A stretch of DNA of 248,000 nt, from NCBI RefSeq assembly GCF_000400465.1, contig NW_008806283.1, positions 20,001 to 268,000 on the forward strand. The letters run 5' to 3'. A model generated the notes under the pieces. That model was given only the letters and a program-made list of their open reading frames with translations. It was not told where the DNA came from and searched no databases. Origin of the DNA: Wallemia ichthyophaga EXF-994. Lineage: Eukaryota > Fungi > Basidiomycota. Both the position numbers and the translations under genes were made by a program. Of the stretch, positions 116,309-127,514 are shown one piece after another (the stretch's first letter is position 1; each line of letters opens with the position of its first letter).

Positions 116309-116654
116309 ATGGCTTCGACATCAGAGAACAAGATATCCAATTTGGTGGGTTTTCATGGGTTATAATAATGAATAAGCTAATGGCCTTGATAGACAGACAA
116401 ATGCGTCGCTAACTTTGCAGTCAAAGCAGCAGCTGGATTGGGTGTTGGCGTGCTCACATCAGCCATCATATTCAAGAGAAGAACGTGGCCAATTACGTTG
116501 TTTACCGGATTCGGTGCTGGATATGCATACTCAGACTGCAACAGGTTGTTTAATCCATTGGCAGGTGGGTGAAATGTGTTTCTGATTTACAAACTAAAAT
116601 TGCACAGTACCCGGTTTAAAGATACAACAGCCAGATCAAGCTGATCAAAAATAG
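116309..116654 (+). CDS. MIC10: MICOS subunit Mic10 (absent from ORF track)
   Basis: MASTSENKISNL|TDKCVANFAVKAAAGLGVG...FKRRTWP...GFGAGYAYSDCN; two introns. Confidence 0.8.
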
Positions 116655-116688
116655 AATAATTTGTAGCGTTGATTGATTTCGATTTCTC

Positions 116689-116952
116689 TTGATGGAGGAC
116701 TACGATTTTGACAGTGATAATGAGTTTAAAGCTGGTTTGAGGCGTTTGGGGGATAATCCATCTGATGAGGTGGTTCAACAGGCTAAACAGTTTTACTACG
116801 CCAGACTCACACCTAGCTTGAACAGCGTGGTTGAGGCGATTAACACTGGTAAATCTCTTTCACTACCGCACACAAGCACAATTCCGAGCACGGTCGTGGC
116901 AGACCAACCATCATCATCCTCTACGCAGCAGCCAAAGAAGCCGTGGGATTGA
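116689..116952 (+). CDS. Pex39-like small protein
   Basis: YDFDSDNEFKAGL, AKQFYYAR, C-terminal KPWD. Confidence 0.55.
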   Translation: MMEDYDFDSDNEFKAGLRRLGDNPSDEVVQQAKQFYYARLTPSLNSVVEAINTGKSLSLPHTSTIPSTVVADQPSSSSTQQPKKPWD

Positions 116953-117003
116953 GGTGTCGTTTCTGGTTCTTATGTCCAATGTCTCATCTATCAAATACTT
117001 CAC

Positions 117004-118377
117004 TCAGTCGAGTCTTCTCTTATAAACCTCCAAATCAACGCCATGACTCGCAAGCAATCCCAATAAATGTCCCTGGGAGTCGATACTCTCACCGCTGTAC
117101 TTGATTCGCTCATGGATAATCCTCACCATAGCCTCATACTTAGCATCCTCCACCTGCCAATTAGGATGTTTAACTTGGACAGGCTGAGTGATTTCCACCG
117201 CTCTCTTGAGGAATACCTGACTGTTATTGATTAGTGTGGTATAGTTTACATTCCCGCTGCCAACGAGCAGAGCTCTCAGTGTCGACGCACCCGCGACAGC
117301 CATAAGGATCTTAATTTGGTTAGCGAGTGACTGAGGATCGATACTGCCGATGGATTTAAGTGCTATTTCCATCTCGAGTGCTGCCTTGAAGAGGGACTGC
117401 GCCTCACATAGCAATTCCCAGCTGGAGACGCCTGAGACGCCACTCTTAGCCACTTCTACCAACACCTCTGCCAGCTCGCAGTGTGCTTCTACTGCCCCGC
117501 TATCTCTTCTCCCGCTGCGCAACTCGAGCACGTGTCTAAACTCAGCCACTATTGTTTGAGCCTGTGATTGAAATTGCGGTTGTGGTTGTGATTGCGATTG
117601 TATTTGCATCTGCAACTCTCCTAGGTGTATTTTGGCCTGTAGGAGGAGAAGCGTGTCTGTCTCCTTGAACTGCTCATCGACTGCGTTGTTGAGGGTGAGT
117701 GCCTCGTTGAGGGCCATCTGCGCGTGTGCCAGAGTGTGATCAGTGTTTGTGCTAGTGCCATCATCGACATCGACCACATCCTGCAATTTGAGCAGCACAT
117801 CAACGAGAATTTTGATATTCTGCACGATTTGATAGGGTGGGAGGGAGAGTGAGAGTGAGGCGCCGCCGCCAACATCCATAGCAGCAGCAGCAGCATAACC
117901 ACCACTGTCCGCACCCACAAAAGACTTCTGTTCTGCCACTAAACCGCGCAACAAATCGACGCAATGGGAGAAGGCATCAGCAGCGTCACGATCCGCCCCC
118001 AAATCAGCATGCAGTTCACCAACAGATACAGCAGACTGAATTGCGTTGTAGAGAGCGTCAAACCTGCCGATTTGGTTGGGTGGGTTGAATCGACCAGCGA
118101 CCTCCGCCGCGCTGATGAACAAACGATACGCCTCTTGCAGATAGACAAACGCGTCCGGAGGATGCTTATAGCCGCCACCAATCTCTAGACGTAGGCGAGC
118201 AGAGTTGTAGAGTGCGTCGTAGTGACTGCCCTGCTCACTCTCAAGTACCGCCGCATAGAGCGACAAGGCCTTCTCGTATCTCGCAACAACTTTCACGTCG
118301 TATCCCAATCTCTCAGCCTTATCTTCAATGTCCACCGCTTCGTCGTAGATTTCTTCTATGTCTGTGTGTTTGGGCAT
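117004..118377 (-). CDS. Hypothetical TPR-like protein
   Basis: Helical repeats, DALYN motifs. Confidence 0.5.
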   Translation of the reverse strand: MPKHTDIEEIYDEAVDIEDKAERLGYDVKVVARYEKALSLYAAVLESEQGSHYDALYNSARLRLEIGGGYKHPPDAFVYLQEAYRLFISAAEVAGRFNPPNQIGRFDALYNAIQSAVSVGELHADLGADRDAADAFSHCVDLLRGLVAEQKSFVGADSGGYAAAAAMDVGGGASLSLSLPPYQIVQNIKILVDVLLKLQDVVDVDDGTSTNTDHTLAHAQMALNEALTLNNAVDEQFKETDTLLLLQAKIHLGELQMQIQSQSQPQPQFQSQAQTIVAEFRHVLELRSGRRDSGAVEAHCELAEVLVEVAKSGVSGVSSWELLCEAQSLFKAALEMEIALKSIGSIDPQSLANQIKILMAVAGASTLRALLVGSGNVNYTTLINNSQVFLKRAVEITQPVQVKHPNWQVEDAKYEAMVRIIHERIKYSGESIDSQGHLLGLLASHGVDLEVYKRRLD

Positions 118378-118499
118378 ATGCGTGGGTGTGGTGGTGTAAG
118401 AATTGCTGATCGATTCAGATATCTATATCACTGTAGGGTATTTGGTTTCAATCTCACTTGCATTTCAATTCAAACTTCCTTTTCCGTCTTGTCGCTTAT

Positions 118500-118956
118500 G
118501 TGCACCCATTTCACCTACAAAATCAGTAGCAATGGCTACACACGCAAGCAGACACAGACACAGAAACTGGGCTACGAGGAGATATTGCAGGTATCTGCGC
118601 AACTCCACTCCATTCCACTCAAATGCATAGCCAGCCTGGGTTGGAGAGATAGCGACGGTGACGAAATAACGTTCAATTCAGACTTGGAGTTGGAGTGCGT
118701 GTATCAAGAGCAGGGGAGGAGTATTTCGGTGTGGGTAAACACAAATACCCAAGTAGCTTCTTTGGAATCCCCGGTATACGCCCAGCACGTTTCCTTGGCG
118801 GGAATTAGTGGGGAGAAGACGGAAATGAAGAATGAGTTGAATAAGCTGAGGGAGACATTGACAGCCCCGCCTCCACCTACGAGCACACGTCCCAACGCTG
118901 TTTACAGGGCACAGCAAGTGCTTTTACCCATACAAGGACCACCTGGAGAAGGATAA
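118500..118956 (+). CDS. PB1-like domain protein
   Basis: LGWRDSDGDEITFNSDLEL OPCA-like motif. Confidence 0.45.
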
Positions 118957-119632
118957 TTATAAAAATACTCATATTCATTCCAATTGCTGTTGTATTTCGA
119001 ATATTCATGTATTTTGCTTCGTTACACCTCTCAAACACTCCAAACATGCGAGAAAAGAGACAAGAGAAATCCAACACACAAACCACGGAAGAAATCTGCA
119101 GAGACGTCGTTCGACACCTATCAACAGCTCAAATACCCATCAAACCGCTTCCAAGCGTGGAGGAGGTGTTGCGCGAGTCTCATTTGGCCTTCGTTCGTGG
119201 AGAGGGGGTTAGCAACGTGATCGAAAGACTCAAAGGTGCTAGGCTAACTGCTGCCAGACTACCCGGTGCCTGGGTGGAGTTGTAAGCATCTTTGTGTTTA
119301 CACCTTCAACACCCTCCATCATGCCACAAGCATACAGATTAGCAGATATAGCACACAGATCATTCGTTAGTGTATTGGCAGGTGTTACTGTGAGTCGTTG
119401 AGTGTTACACAGCCACTCTCAACTTAACAGCTCCAGATATACGGCACTTTCACTCTTCTATCGGGCTACAACAACCACAAGCAAATGAGATTAGAGGCTC
119501 TTGAGAGGCATCAAGTGGGTTTGGAGTAAAAGCGTGTGCCTGTAGCTAACACTGGCTATTCAGATGTCCCTAAAGGAGGAAGAGAAGCAGATATAATGTA
119601 TTAAAATTTATATTTATTCTAATTTACTTGAT

Positions 119633-121084
119633 CTAAAGCATCCCCTCTACACCCATCCACAGCAGGAACCTCGTGAACAAACTAACTTTACGTTGTGGCT
119701 GCTTGAATGTCTTCTCACTAACCTCAGTACTGCAGCTATTCAATTCCTCTACCTCCCCTTGCAGCCTCTTTTTCAGCTCGCCACTACTCGTCATCAACAG
119801 AAAACTCAACTCAAGGTCGAGATTGCTACTTCGTCCACTGAGGTTCGAACTGCCGATGAGAGTGGCCATAGCATCATCTGCACTCTTCTCATTACGTATC
119901 CATAGCCCTTTGCAGTGGTAAGTCCAACCATTTCTCCGCCATTCTTTCAATTGGAGTGAGTTATGGCGGTGGTGTTTGATAGACGATGTGTAGAATTTAC
120001 TCATTAGATGCGTATATGCCTCCGGTATACGCCCACTAACTCCCCTGCTACCTAAAAATCCATTAGCATCCGGTGATGCAGCTATTATCCATGTCGGTAC
120101 TCGACTCTCCATTACGCGCCGCTTGTAACCCCCACCCAAGCTAAAGTAACCAGATGTCATGTGAAGTATAGCGCCAGGAATGCTGTTGATTGCGTCAAGA
120201 AGATAGTGCACCGAATCCTCCTCCTCCCTCACACCCCACAAACCAGACTGGATGAGCGGATAAATGGTGGTGTCGTATTGTGGCTGGTCTACTTGTTCAT
120301 TACTCATGCGACACTGTCTGCGAGTGAAGTGTTCCATCTCCTCACGCGCTTTATCGCTGAATGCACTAGCTGGTGCATCATTCTCCCATCGCACATCATC
120401 TGAGTCGCACAGTTTATAACTGAAGCGCGTCATTAACTCGACAAAAGCGCGTAAATAGTTGGATAACTGGAAATGATCAGTAATTTGCATATATCTGTCT
120501 TGTCTGTTTGTGAAATAAGACGTGTTTAGATTCGCCCCCGAAAGAAGAACAGTGTCATCGAAGCAGTATATCTTGGTGTGTTGTGTACCAAAACCTTCTA
120601 TAAATCTGGGCGGTATAAACCGTTGTAAGATGCCCAAATTGGTGTTTGGTTTGTGGAGAAATACCCTCACTCTATTGCCAAAGAGGCGTACCAGAGGGGA
120701 AATCAGACTGGCTGGTGAGTGTGGTGGGTGTGCTTGGCGTGTAAACCTATTGAAATCGGCGAGTATAGTGACTGTGAGCTGCTGATTCTCTCTCAGACGC
120801 CGCTGCAACAGTCCCACCAACTCATTCTGTTCTTCGCCGATATAGAGGGTGGAAATGTAGATAGAGCGTTGGGCTGTGTTTATATGATGTATAAATCGCC
120901 TATGGAAGTCAATAGGCTTGCTCAACAAGTCAATTTGCTTCGAATTTGCTTTGAAAGAAGGGTGTCTGTTGCACAGCCAGGGGTATAATTCATCGATGCG
121001 ATGTGGGTGATGTGTGCCGTGACTTGTGCCTTTAATTGGAATCTTCGGGATCTGATTGAACCAGTTCCTTAAGAAACCCATCAA
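119633..121084 (-). CDS. PGS1: Phosphatidylglycerophosphate synthase
   Basis: QHTKIYCFD, GANLNTSYFTNRQDRY, WTYHCKG. Confidence 0.9.
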   Translation of the reverse strand: MMGFLRNWFNQIPKIPIKGTSHGTHHPHRIDELYPWLCNRHPSFKANSKQIDLLSKPIDFHRRFIHHINTAQRSIYISTLYIGEEQNELVGLLQRRLRENQQLTVTILADFNRFTRQAHPPHSPASLISPLVRLFGNRVRVFLHKPNTNLGILQRFIPPRFIEGFGTQHTKIYCFDDTVLLSGANLNTSYFTNRQDRYMQITDHFQLSNYLRAFVELMTRFSYKLCDSDDVRWENDAPASAFSDKAREEMEHFTRRQCRMSNEQVDQPQYDTTIYPLIQSGLWGVREEEDSVHYLLDAINSIPGAILHMTSGYFSLGGGYKRRVMESRVPTWIIAASPDANGFLGSRGVSGRIPEAYTHLMSKFYTSSIKHHRHNSLQLKEWRRNGWTYHCKGLWIRNEKSADDAMATLIGSSNLSGRSSNLDLELSFLLMTSSGELKKRLQGEVEELNSCSTEVSEKTFKQPQRKVSLFTRFLLWMGVEGML

Positions 121085-121149
121085 ATACTCCCGATGACTG
121101 TCTTCTCGATACCATCACTACCGACAATAGATGATTGATGATTTCTACG

Positions 121150-122890
121150 AATATTTATCTAACAAATCCAATGGAATCGCTGTAGATCATCTAAAACTGG
121201 TTAGCTGTCTTCTACTGAGCTACCCACTCTCTCACTGTGAGCCCAACCACTAAATACGGTATCATCCACTCAAAGTCCCCTAGTATTCTTGCGTATTCCA
121301 CCTCAATATCCAAATCTACGTCACGCCTTTAATCTATCCTCTTCTCTTTTCTTCCTTGTCGGGATATTCTCACTTAAATGGGGTCTAATCAACCTCATCC
121401 TAAACTCTGTCATTAGTTACTCCCTGGCACACACTCTATCCAGGTACAAACACATGCCGTGGATCGTTATGGCTTTTGCCATGTCACACCTCCTATGTTT
121501 CCACCTACGACGCCTAATCCACACTACTCCCTCAACCTCGGTCGAAATCAGCGGTAGTCTGATGGTTCTCATCCAGCGTACAACCACCTACGCCTGGAAT
121601 GTCCATGATGGCTGCTGTACCGATGCCGAATTGCAGGAATTGCAGGATCACCAGAAAGACAACCGCGTCACCCACAAACCCTCCCTCCTCGCTTTCCTCG
121701 CTTACACTCTCTACTTTCCCGCCATCCTCGTCGGTCCTGCGTTCCCATACGACGCGTATGCCAGTTTAGTGGATGATAGTCTATTTGAGACACCGCGCCC
121801 GCGCAAGCTCAAACTCAAAGGACGCAGACGGGCTGGATATCGTAGAATGGTATTTGGGTTATTTTTTTTGGCCATCTACGCGGTGTGGGGGGGATCCGCT
121901 GATATGTCCCGCCTCATTGACCCTGCCTGGCAGCGCAACCACACCATTCTGCGCCGCATCCTCTTCGTGCAGAAAGCAGGCGTCATTACTCGGTTTAAGT
122001 ACTACGCAGTCTGGTCCATCTCTGAGGGCGCGTGCATCATCTCGGGTCTCGGCTTCAATGGCTACAACGCCGCTAATGGGCGCACGCGCTGGGATCGGGT
122101 GCGCAATATCGACGTGCTCAGCGTAGAGCTGGCGCAGAACATTAAGGAGCTACTAGACGCGTGGAATATGAACACTAACATTTGGCTCAAGACTTGCGTA
122201 TATCTTCGCATCACTAGTCGTGGTGAAAAACCTGGTTTCGCGTCCACCCTCTTCACCTTCCTCACGAGCGCTTTCTGGCACGGCCTGCCTTTGGGTTACT
122301 ATCTTACATTCGTCTTCGGTGGGTTCCTCCAAGCTCTGGGGAAGATGGTGCGCAGGAATGTGAGACCGTTTTTCATCGCTACTGATAAACAAGGTGAACA
122401 AATTGAACAAGGCAAACACCTCAAATACCTCTATGATGTACTCTCCATCATTACCACACAGACGCTCATCAACTTTGCCGTTATCCCCTTCCTGCTTCTT
122501 GATTGGAGAGATAGTGTACGAGGATGGAATAGCGTGTGCTGGTATGGCGTAGTGGTGGTCGCGTGTGCTTTCGCCTATTTCAAAGGTTTCGGTGGCGTAG
122601 GGAGGTTACAGAGCAGACTACAGAAGCAGCAACGCGATGATACGCTCAACGACCTCCTCTTCGACGCCACCCCTACATCTGAGTTGAGAGATAGGGTGGG
122701 GCTGGACGAGGAGCTGTTGACAAGAGACGTTGACGAAATGATTCAGAAACTACTCTCTAATGGCTCACTCGCCAGTCGCGAAGCTGCGGATCAGATTAAG
122801 GATATGAGCAGCGACGGGAAGGCTATAACAAAGGCAGCGGTTAAAGACGCTGTTGAGGGAAATAGAAGTGGGAGTGGGAGTGAAATTTAA
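121150..122890 (+). CDS. ALE1: MBOAT lysophospholipid acyltransferase
   Basis: YFPAILVGP, WNMNTNIWL, TSAFWHG. Confidence 0.85.
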
Positions 122891-123152
122891 AGCAAAAGTA
122901 AATAACCACTCATTTTATGTTTTGTGTTTTGTGTTTTACGATGAAATGAAAATTTTGATATCATTGTTTCGTCGTTCGCGGTTGTGTGCTGTAAACCGGA
123001 ATGGTATATACTCACTAGCCAGCACCCACACACACATCTTAAGTATAAACTTGGCATCTATCCAAATGTCACCCACTTCGGGTATTAAAGTCAACTGATT
123101 CTTGTGGAAATACCACCAACTAGTGTAATTTATATCATAAGATCAATAAACC

Positions 123153-124088
123153 ATGGTAGATACACAACCAGCCAGTCTGCACTCACTACCTGCTGAGTTG
123201 CTGGATATGGTGTTGATACTGCAGCCGCAACTCGCAAAGACATGTAAATACCTCTACAACCTCAATCTAAAGAACGATTTCGCCATCGTTAGAGGTCCGG
123301 GTTGCAAAATACGCGGGGTGTCCCACTACACATTCTCAGAAACTCCCGTTAAGCTTATCGGTGGTTTTAACGGGCAGCTGAAACGAATGACGATACTACC
123401 GTGTGCAGATTACATCAGAAAGCTTTACGTGAATATGCACAACACCAAGTCAGGTAGGTGGGGGTGAAACGTCGAAATCCGGGGATGATGAGCGCATAAA
123501 TAACTCAAAACAGGTAAAATGGGCTCGTATATCAACACACTAGCTAATCACGTTTGCGCATTCACCAACCTCCACCAGCTGACAGTAACGTTGAGTTCCC
123601 TTTACCACATACTTGCTATGAAGAATATTGTCATGGAGAATATATCCACGCTGGTGCTCGAATGCAGGAGTTTCTACCTCGAAGATAGTGAGCCGGATGA
123701 TGTGGTGGACTTGCTGCTCACCTCCTTCCCCAATCTCGAGAAAGTGCTCTTGTACGCCGGGAATGACTTCAGAGGCTCGGCGGAGAAACTTAAGAAAGTG
123801 TTTAGCGAGAAAATGCCAGCCTCTAGATACCTACAATATGCTGTTATATTATATAGGAGCTGGAGCAATGTCTCCTTGACATCGACAATGGTTTACCTCA
123901 ATGAATACATACGGGTAGGTGGAGGTGGACGTGAACACGGAAATTTGAAATACACACGCACAGCTCTCGCCCCAATATGCACACCAAATCTGCTCAAGGT
124001 ATCACCCACTATCAGCCGCGTTCTTGAGAAGATGGCAGTGTCTCACGATATAACCCAGCTGCATCACATCACGATTGGATATGAATGA
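123153..124088 (+). CDS. F-box-like protein, two exons
   Basis: LHSLPAELLDMVL; leucine-rich downstream. Confidence 0.5.
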
Positions 124089-124205
124089 AGGAAAATAACG
124101 AATTTTGGTTACGATACAAGACTTGTATAGCTAATGATGCTAATGATACTAATATTGATTATATTAAACTACATGGACAGATAACTGAGTTTGTACATCA
124201 CCACG

Positions 124206-125233
124206 ATGAGGTAGGTGCAGTGATTATCAAGCTCTGGGTGATCTCACGGTGACCAGCTTCAATGACTTGGAAAGTGGAGGCGTGCCACTGTCTACGCCCA
124301 ACGAATCACCCGGCGTTTCGAGTGGGTTGAGCGGATATACAAAGCACAGCTCACAGCTCTCACCAACAACAGATGAGTTCATACAGCTCAAAGATAAGCT
124401 GAGCATTAGTATATTTAAAATAAACGGTAATATACAAGGTATCAACCGTATCGTAGCTGTTTTGGGCACAGCGAAAGAGCAAGGTGACTCACGGGACAGA
124501 CTACATGAGCTACTTGAGTCTACAAGGCTCATTGTCAAGAATACCACTGAGAACGTGCGTAATTTTACAAACTGGGATTATGGCGCACATCCGGCGAATA
124601 GTCCACAGATAATACGCAACACGCAGTCCAAGATTAGCAGAGACTTTAGTGGAGCTTTGCAGTCATTCCAGAGAGTGCAGAAGGATGCAGCGGAGCGAAC
124701 GAAATTGTCGACGGAGAAGGAGCTGTCGAGAAGAGTTGAAGGGGCAGCCCAGCCAGCCCAGCCCGATGAGGTGCTGTATAATCACCAGGATATATACCAG
124801 GGAGAGTTGCAAGAAGAGCAGCAGCAGCAACAGGAACAACACCAACAACAAATACACCCGCGTAGAATCACAGAAGCTGAAATGGCATACCAAGATGGAT
124901 TAATTGAGGAGCGTGATCACGAGATTAGAGATATTGAGACGTGCGTGTTTTATAAAAAAAAAAAGCTCTGGCTACTGCTCACACTCCACACAGCGGTATA
125001 CACGAATTAAACGACATTTTTAGAGATCTAGGTGGAATTGTCGTTGAACAGGGTGGAATGCTCGACAATATAGAGTCAAACGTAGATAATATCTCCTCAG
125101 ATGCCAACAGAGCTAATGACCAATTAATTTCTGCGCACGAGTACCAGCGTAAAGCGGGAAAGAGAGCACTATGCTTATTGCTAATACTTACAATAGTAAT
125201 ACTGATTGTAATACTCGTTTTGATTTTATAATT
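124206..125233 (+). CDS. Syntaxin, Pep12/Vam3-like t-SNARE
   Basis: Habc helices, LIEERDHEIRDIE, SNARE motif, C-terminal TM. Confidence 0.8.
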
Positions 125234-125265
125234 TTCAACTCATTCTCATCTCATTCCGAGTTTAA

Positions 125266-126885
125266 TTGACGTCGCATTGGCCTAGTTTGATTTATTGTAC
125301 GGAATCCATCAATACTGTATTGATGCAGATCAAACACAATGCCAATGAATTCCTAGAGCCCACCTCACCCACCATATCACCCGCGTTGATTTACTTTATA
125401 CAGAACAGCTCCCCTTCCAATCACGATGAAAGTCCTCAGTCTCAGAAAGTAGCGAGGTCAACACCGACGGTTTCCAGCCCCAAATTTGAATCGACTACGG
125501 CAGAGTTGAATAAGCGGCCGCTTTCTACTATGTTCAATAACGTTGGCAGTGCGTCAGGGTCCACGAGTAGTCACGCGCATGCACATACGCATACACACAT
125601 ACAAACACAAACACACACACTGGAAGAAGACTTCAGATCGGATATGCGGTCTAATAGGTCGTCTACAGGTACACTAGGTACCATCACGAGGAATAGTCTC
125701 AGAAGAAGAACTAAACCAAGTCTCCAGCTCTTCAACTCGCCTACAAGCAGCCATCAACCACAAGAACATCAATCACCTTATACTCCCACACTAAAACCAT
125801 CTTCAACCCATCATAGAAATTTATCAACGGAATACCTCTCTCATAAAATACAAGGATGGATGCCAAATTTCACAAACTCACTCTCAACTCCTCAGATTTC
125901 GACGGAGTCTTCTTCGTATGACAATAACCACAAAGAGTCCAAGGACTCGAAAGATAACAGCAAACGTGGTATGCTCGGTAAAGCATTCTCGAGTTTACAC
126001 TTTAACGACTTGGGTAAGTCTAGTCCCCAGAATAGCATCCTCAACTACAGATTGCGCATTGGATACCCAAATCAGCGTTTAGTATTTGGTGCATGTTTGT
126101 GGCAATCCACATACACAACTAAGATTGATAAATCTCCTTCGCTATGGAAAATACCAATTGAAGCAAAAGAGTACTTGCCATGTCTGGTAATCAGATGCTT
126201 TGAATATCTCATTCAATGGGCAATGGTTGAAGAAGGTATTTTCAGGATTTCAGGGAAGTCTTCACAGATATTACAACTTCGCAATGAATTTGATAGCGGG
126301 AGTGATATCTATTTGAGAGATATACATCCTTCCATACTAGATCCACACGCCGTTGCATCAATATTCAAAGCTTATTTAAGGGAATTACCACATAACATAC
126401 TCACAAATGAGAATATACCACAATTCAACGATTTCATGCAGATATCATATAAAGTAAATGCAGTTACCTCAGATGACACACCAGCAGCTGCATTAAAGTG
126501 TAACTATAAACAATGCGATCAAATTGACAGTAGTGATGTCGATTTGAAGCTGTTGAAAGATATTCTATCAGAACTACCGCATTCAAACTATTGGTTATTA
126601 CGACTAACGATGAAAATTCTTAAGTTGACAGCTGATAATAGTGAGGTGAACAAAATGACCCTATCAAATCTAGTACTCGTAATATGTCCGTCAGTTTGTT
126701 TATCAGCGATATTCGTCAAAATTTTAGTCAAGCACTTTGATTATCTTTTCGGGATTGATCATGTATTCGAAGATAGTGAGGATGATGAGCTTAGTTATTT
126801 GCGTCCAGAAACAAGCCAGCTGGTGTCATCTAGTGGTGAAAGAAGGAAGTTCAAGCTACTAAGCAGCAAGCGTGATAAGAAGTAA
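125266..126885 (+). CDS. RhoGAP protein
   Basis: EEGIFRISG, VASIFKAYLRELP, NKMTLSNL. Confidence 0.85.
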   Translation: MTSHWPSLIYCTESINTVLMQIKHNANEFLEPTSPTISPALIYFIQNSSPSNHDESPQSQKVARSTPTVSSPKFESTTAELNKRPLSTMFNNVGSASGSTSSHAHAHTHTHIQTQTHTLEEDFRSDMRSNRSSTGTLGTITRNSLRRRTKPSLQLFNSPTSSHQPQEHQSPYTPTLKPSSTHHRNLSTEYLSHKIQGWMPNFTNSLSTPQISTESSSYDNNHKESKDSKDNSKRGMLGKAFSSLHFNDLGKSSPQNSILNYRLRIGYPNQRLVFGACLWQSTYTTKIDKSPSLWKIPIEAKEYLPCLVIRCFEYLIQWAMVEEGIFRISGKSSQILQLRNEFDSGSDIYLRDIHPSILDPHAVASIFKAYLRELPHNILTNENIPQFNDFMQISYKVNAVTSDDTPAAALKCNYKQCDQIDSSDVDLKLLKDILSELPHSNYWLLRLTMKILKLTADNSEVNKMTLSNLVLVICPSVCLSAIFVKILVKHFDYLFGIDHVFEDSEDDELSYLRPETSQLVSSSGERRKFKLLSSKRDKK

Positions 126886-126954
126886 GAACAAAAATGTCTA
126901 ATTGTAAAAGTGTACTATTAAGAAATAATAAATAAATAACTCTATAAGGTAAAA

Positions 126955-127485
126955 TTACAATCTCTTGAAGAAAGATTTCAGACGTGAAGGAGTCTTTGTA
127001 GGTTGAGGATACTTGCAAGCCATGAATTGAGGTATAGATGATGTTTGAATTAAGTAGTTTACGTGTTCGTATGCTTTCGTGAAGCAATCCGGATGTGTTG
127101 AAGTGCGGAGTAGATCGAGTGTGTATGATTGGATATCTTCTGGGAGATTTAGTTCAAATTGGCTGAGATTGTTGAAGTAGACGCTGATTATGTGATCAAC
127201 TTCACGTCTATATGGTTGTTCTTGTGTGTTTATGCTAGTCTTCTTCCTCCACTTGTTTAATCTACACGAAGGTGACTTATCCTGCTCTATTCCACTCAAT
127301 CCACTCCATCTACTCTTATAAGATAAAAACCACAAGATAAAGTTGAGATTCTCAATCGAGTGCTCCTGGTATTCTAAAAATGTCCTAAAATCCTCCGCCA
127401 ATTCGTTATTATTGAGTATTTCCGCCAGTGTTTGCACATTTTTCCCCGTTCTCCCCGTTCTCATGTGATTGTCCAACAACAGCAA
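126955..127485 (-). CDS. RGS-domain protein
   Basis: FRTFLEYQEHSIENLNFILW, FELNLPEDI. Confidence 0.75.
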   Translation of the reverse strand: MLLLDNHMRTGRTGKNVQTLAEILNNNELAEDFRTFLEYQEHSIENLNFILWFLSYKSRWSGLSGIEQDKSPSCRLNKWRKKTSINTQEQPYRREVDHIISVYFNNLSQFELNLPEDIQSYTLDLLRTSTHPDCFTKAYEHVNYLIQTSSIPQFMACKYPQPTKTPSRLKSFFKRL

Positions 127486-127514
127486 TATAGCTATAAAAAT
127501 TATTACAAATACCT

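Noticed and set aside
119007-119600. Translin-like gene
   Set aside because: Motifs are not convincing; left as an unassigned hypothetical region.
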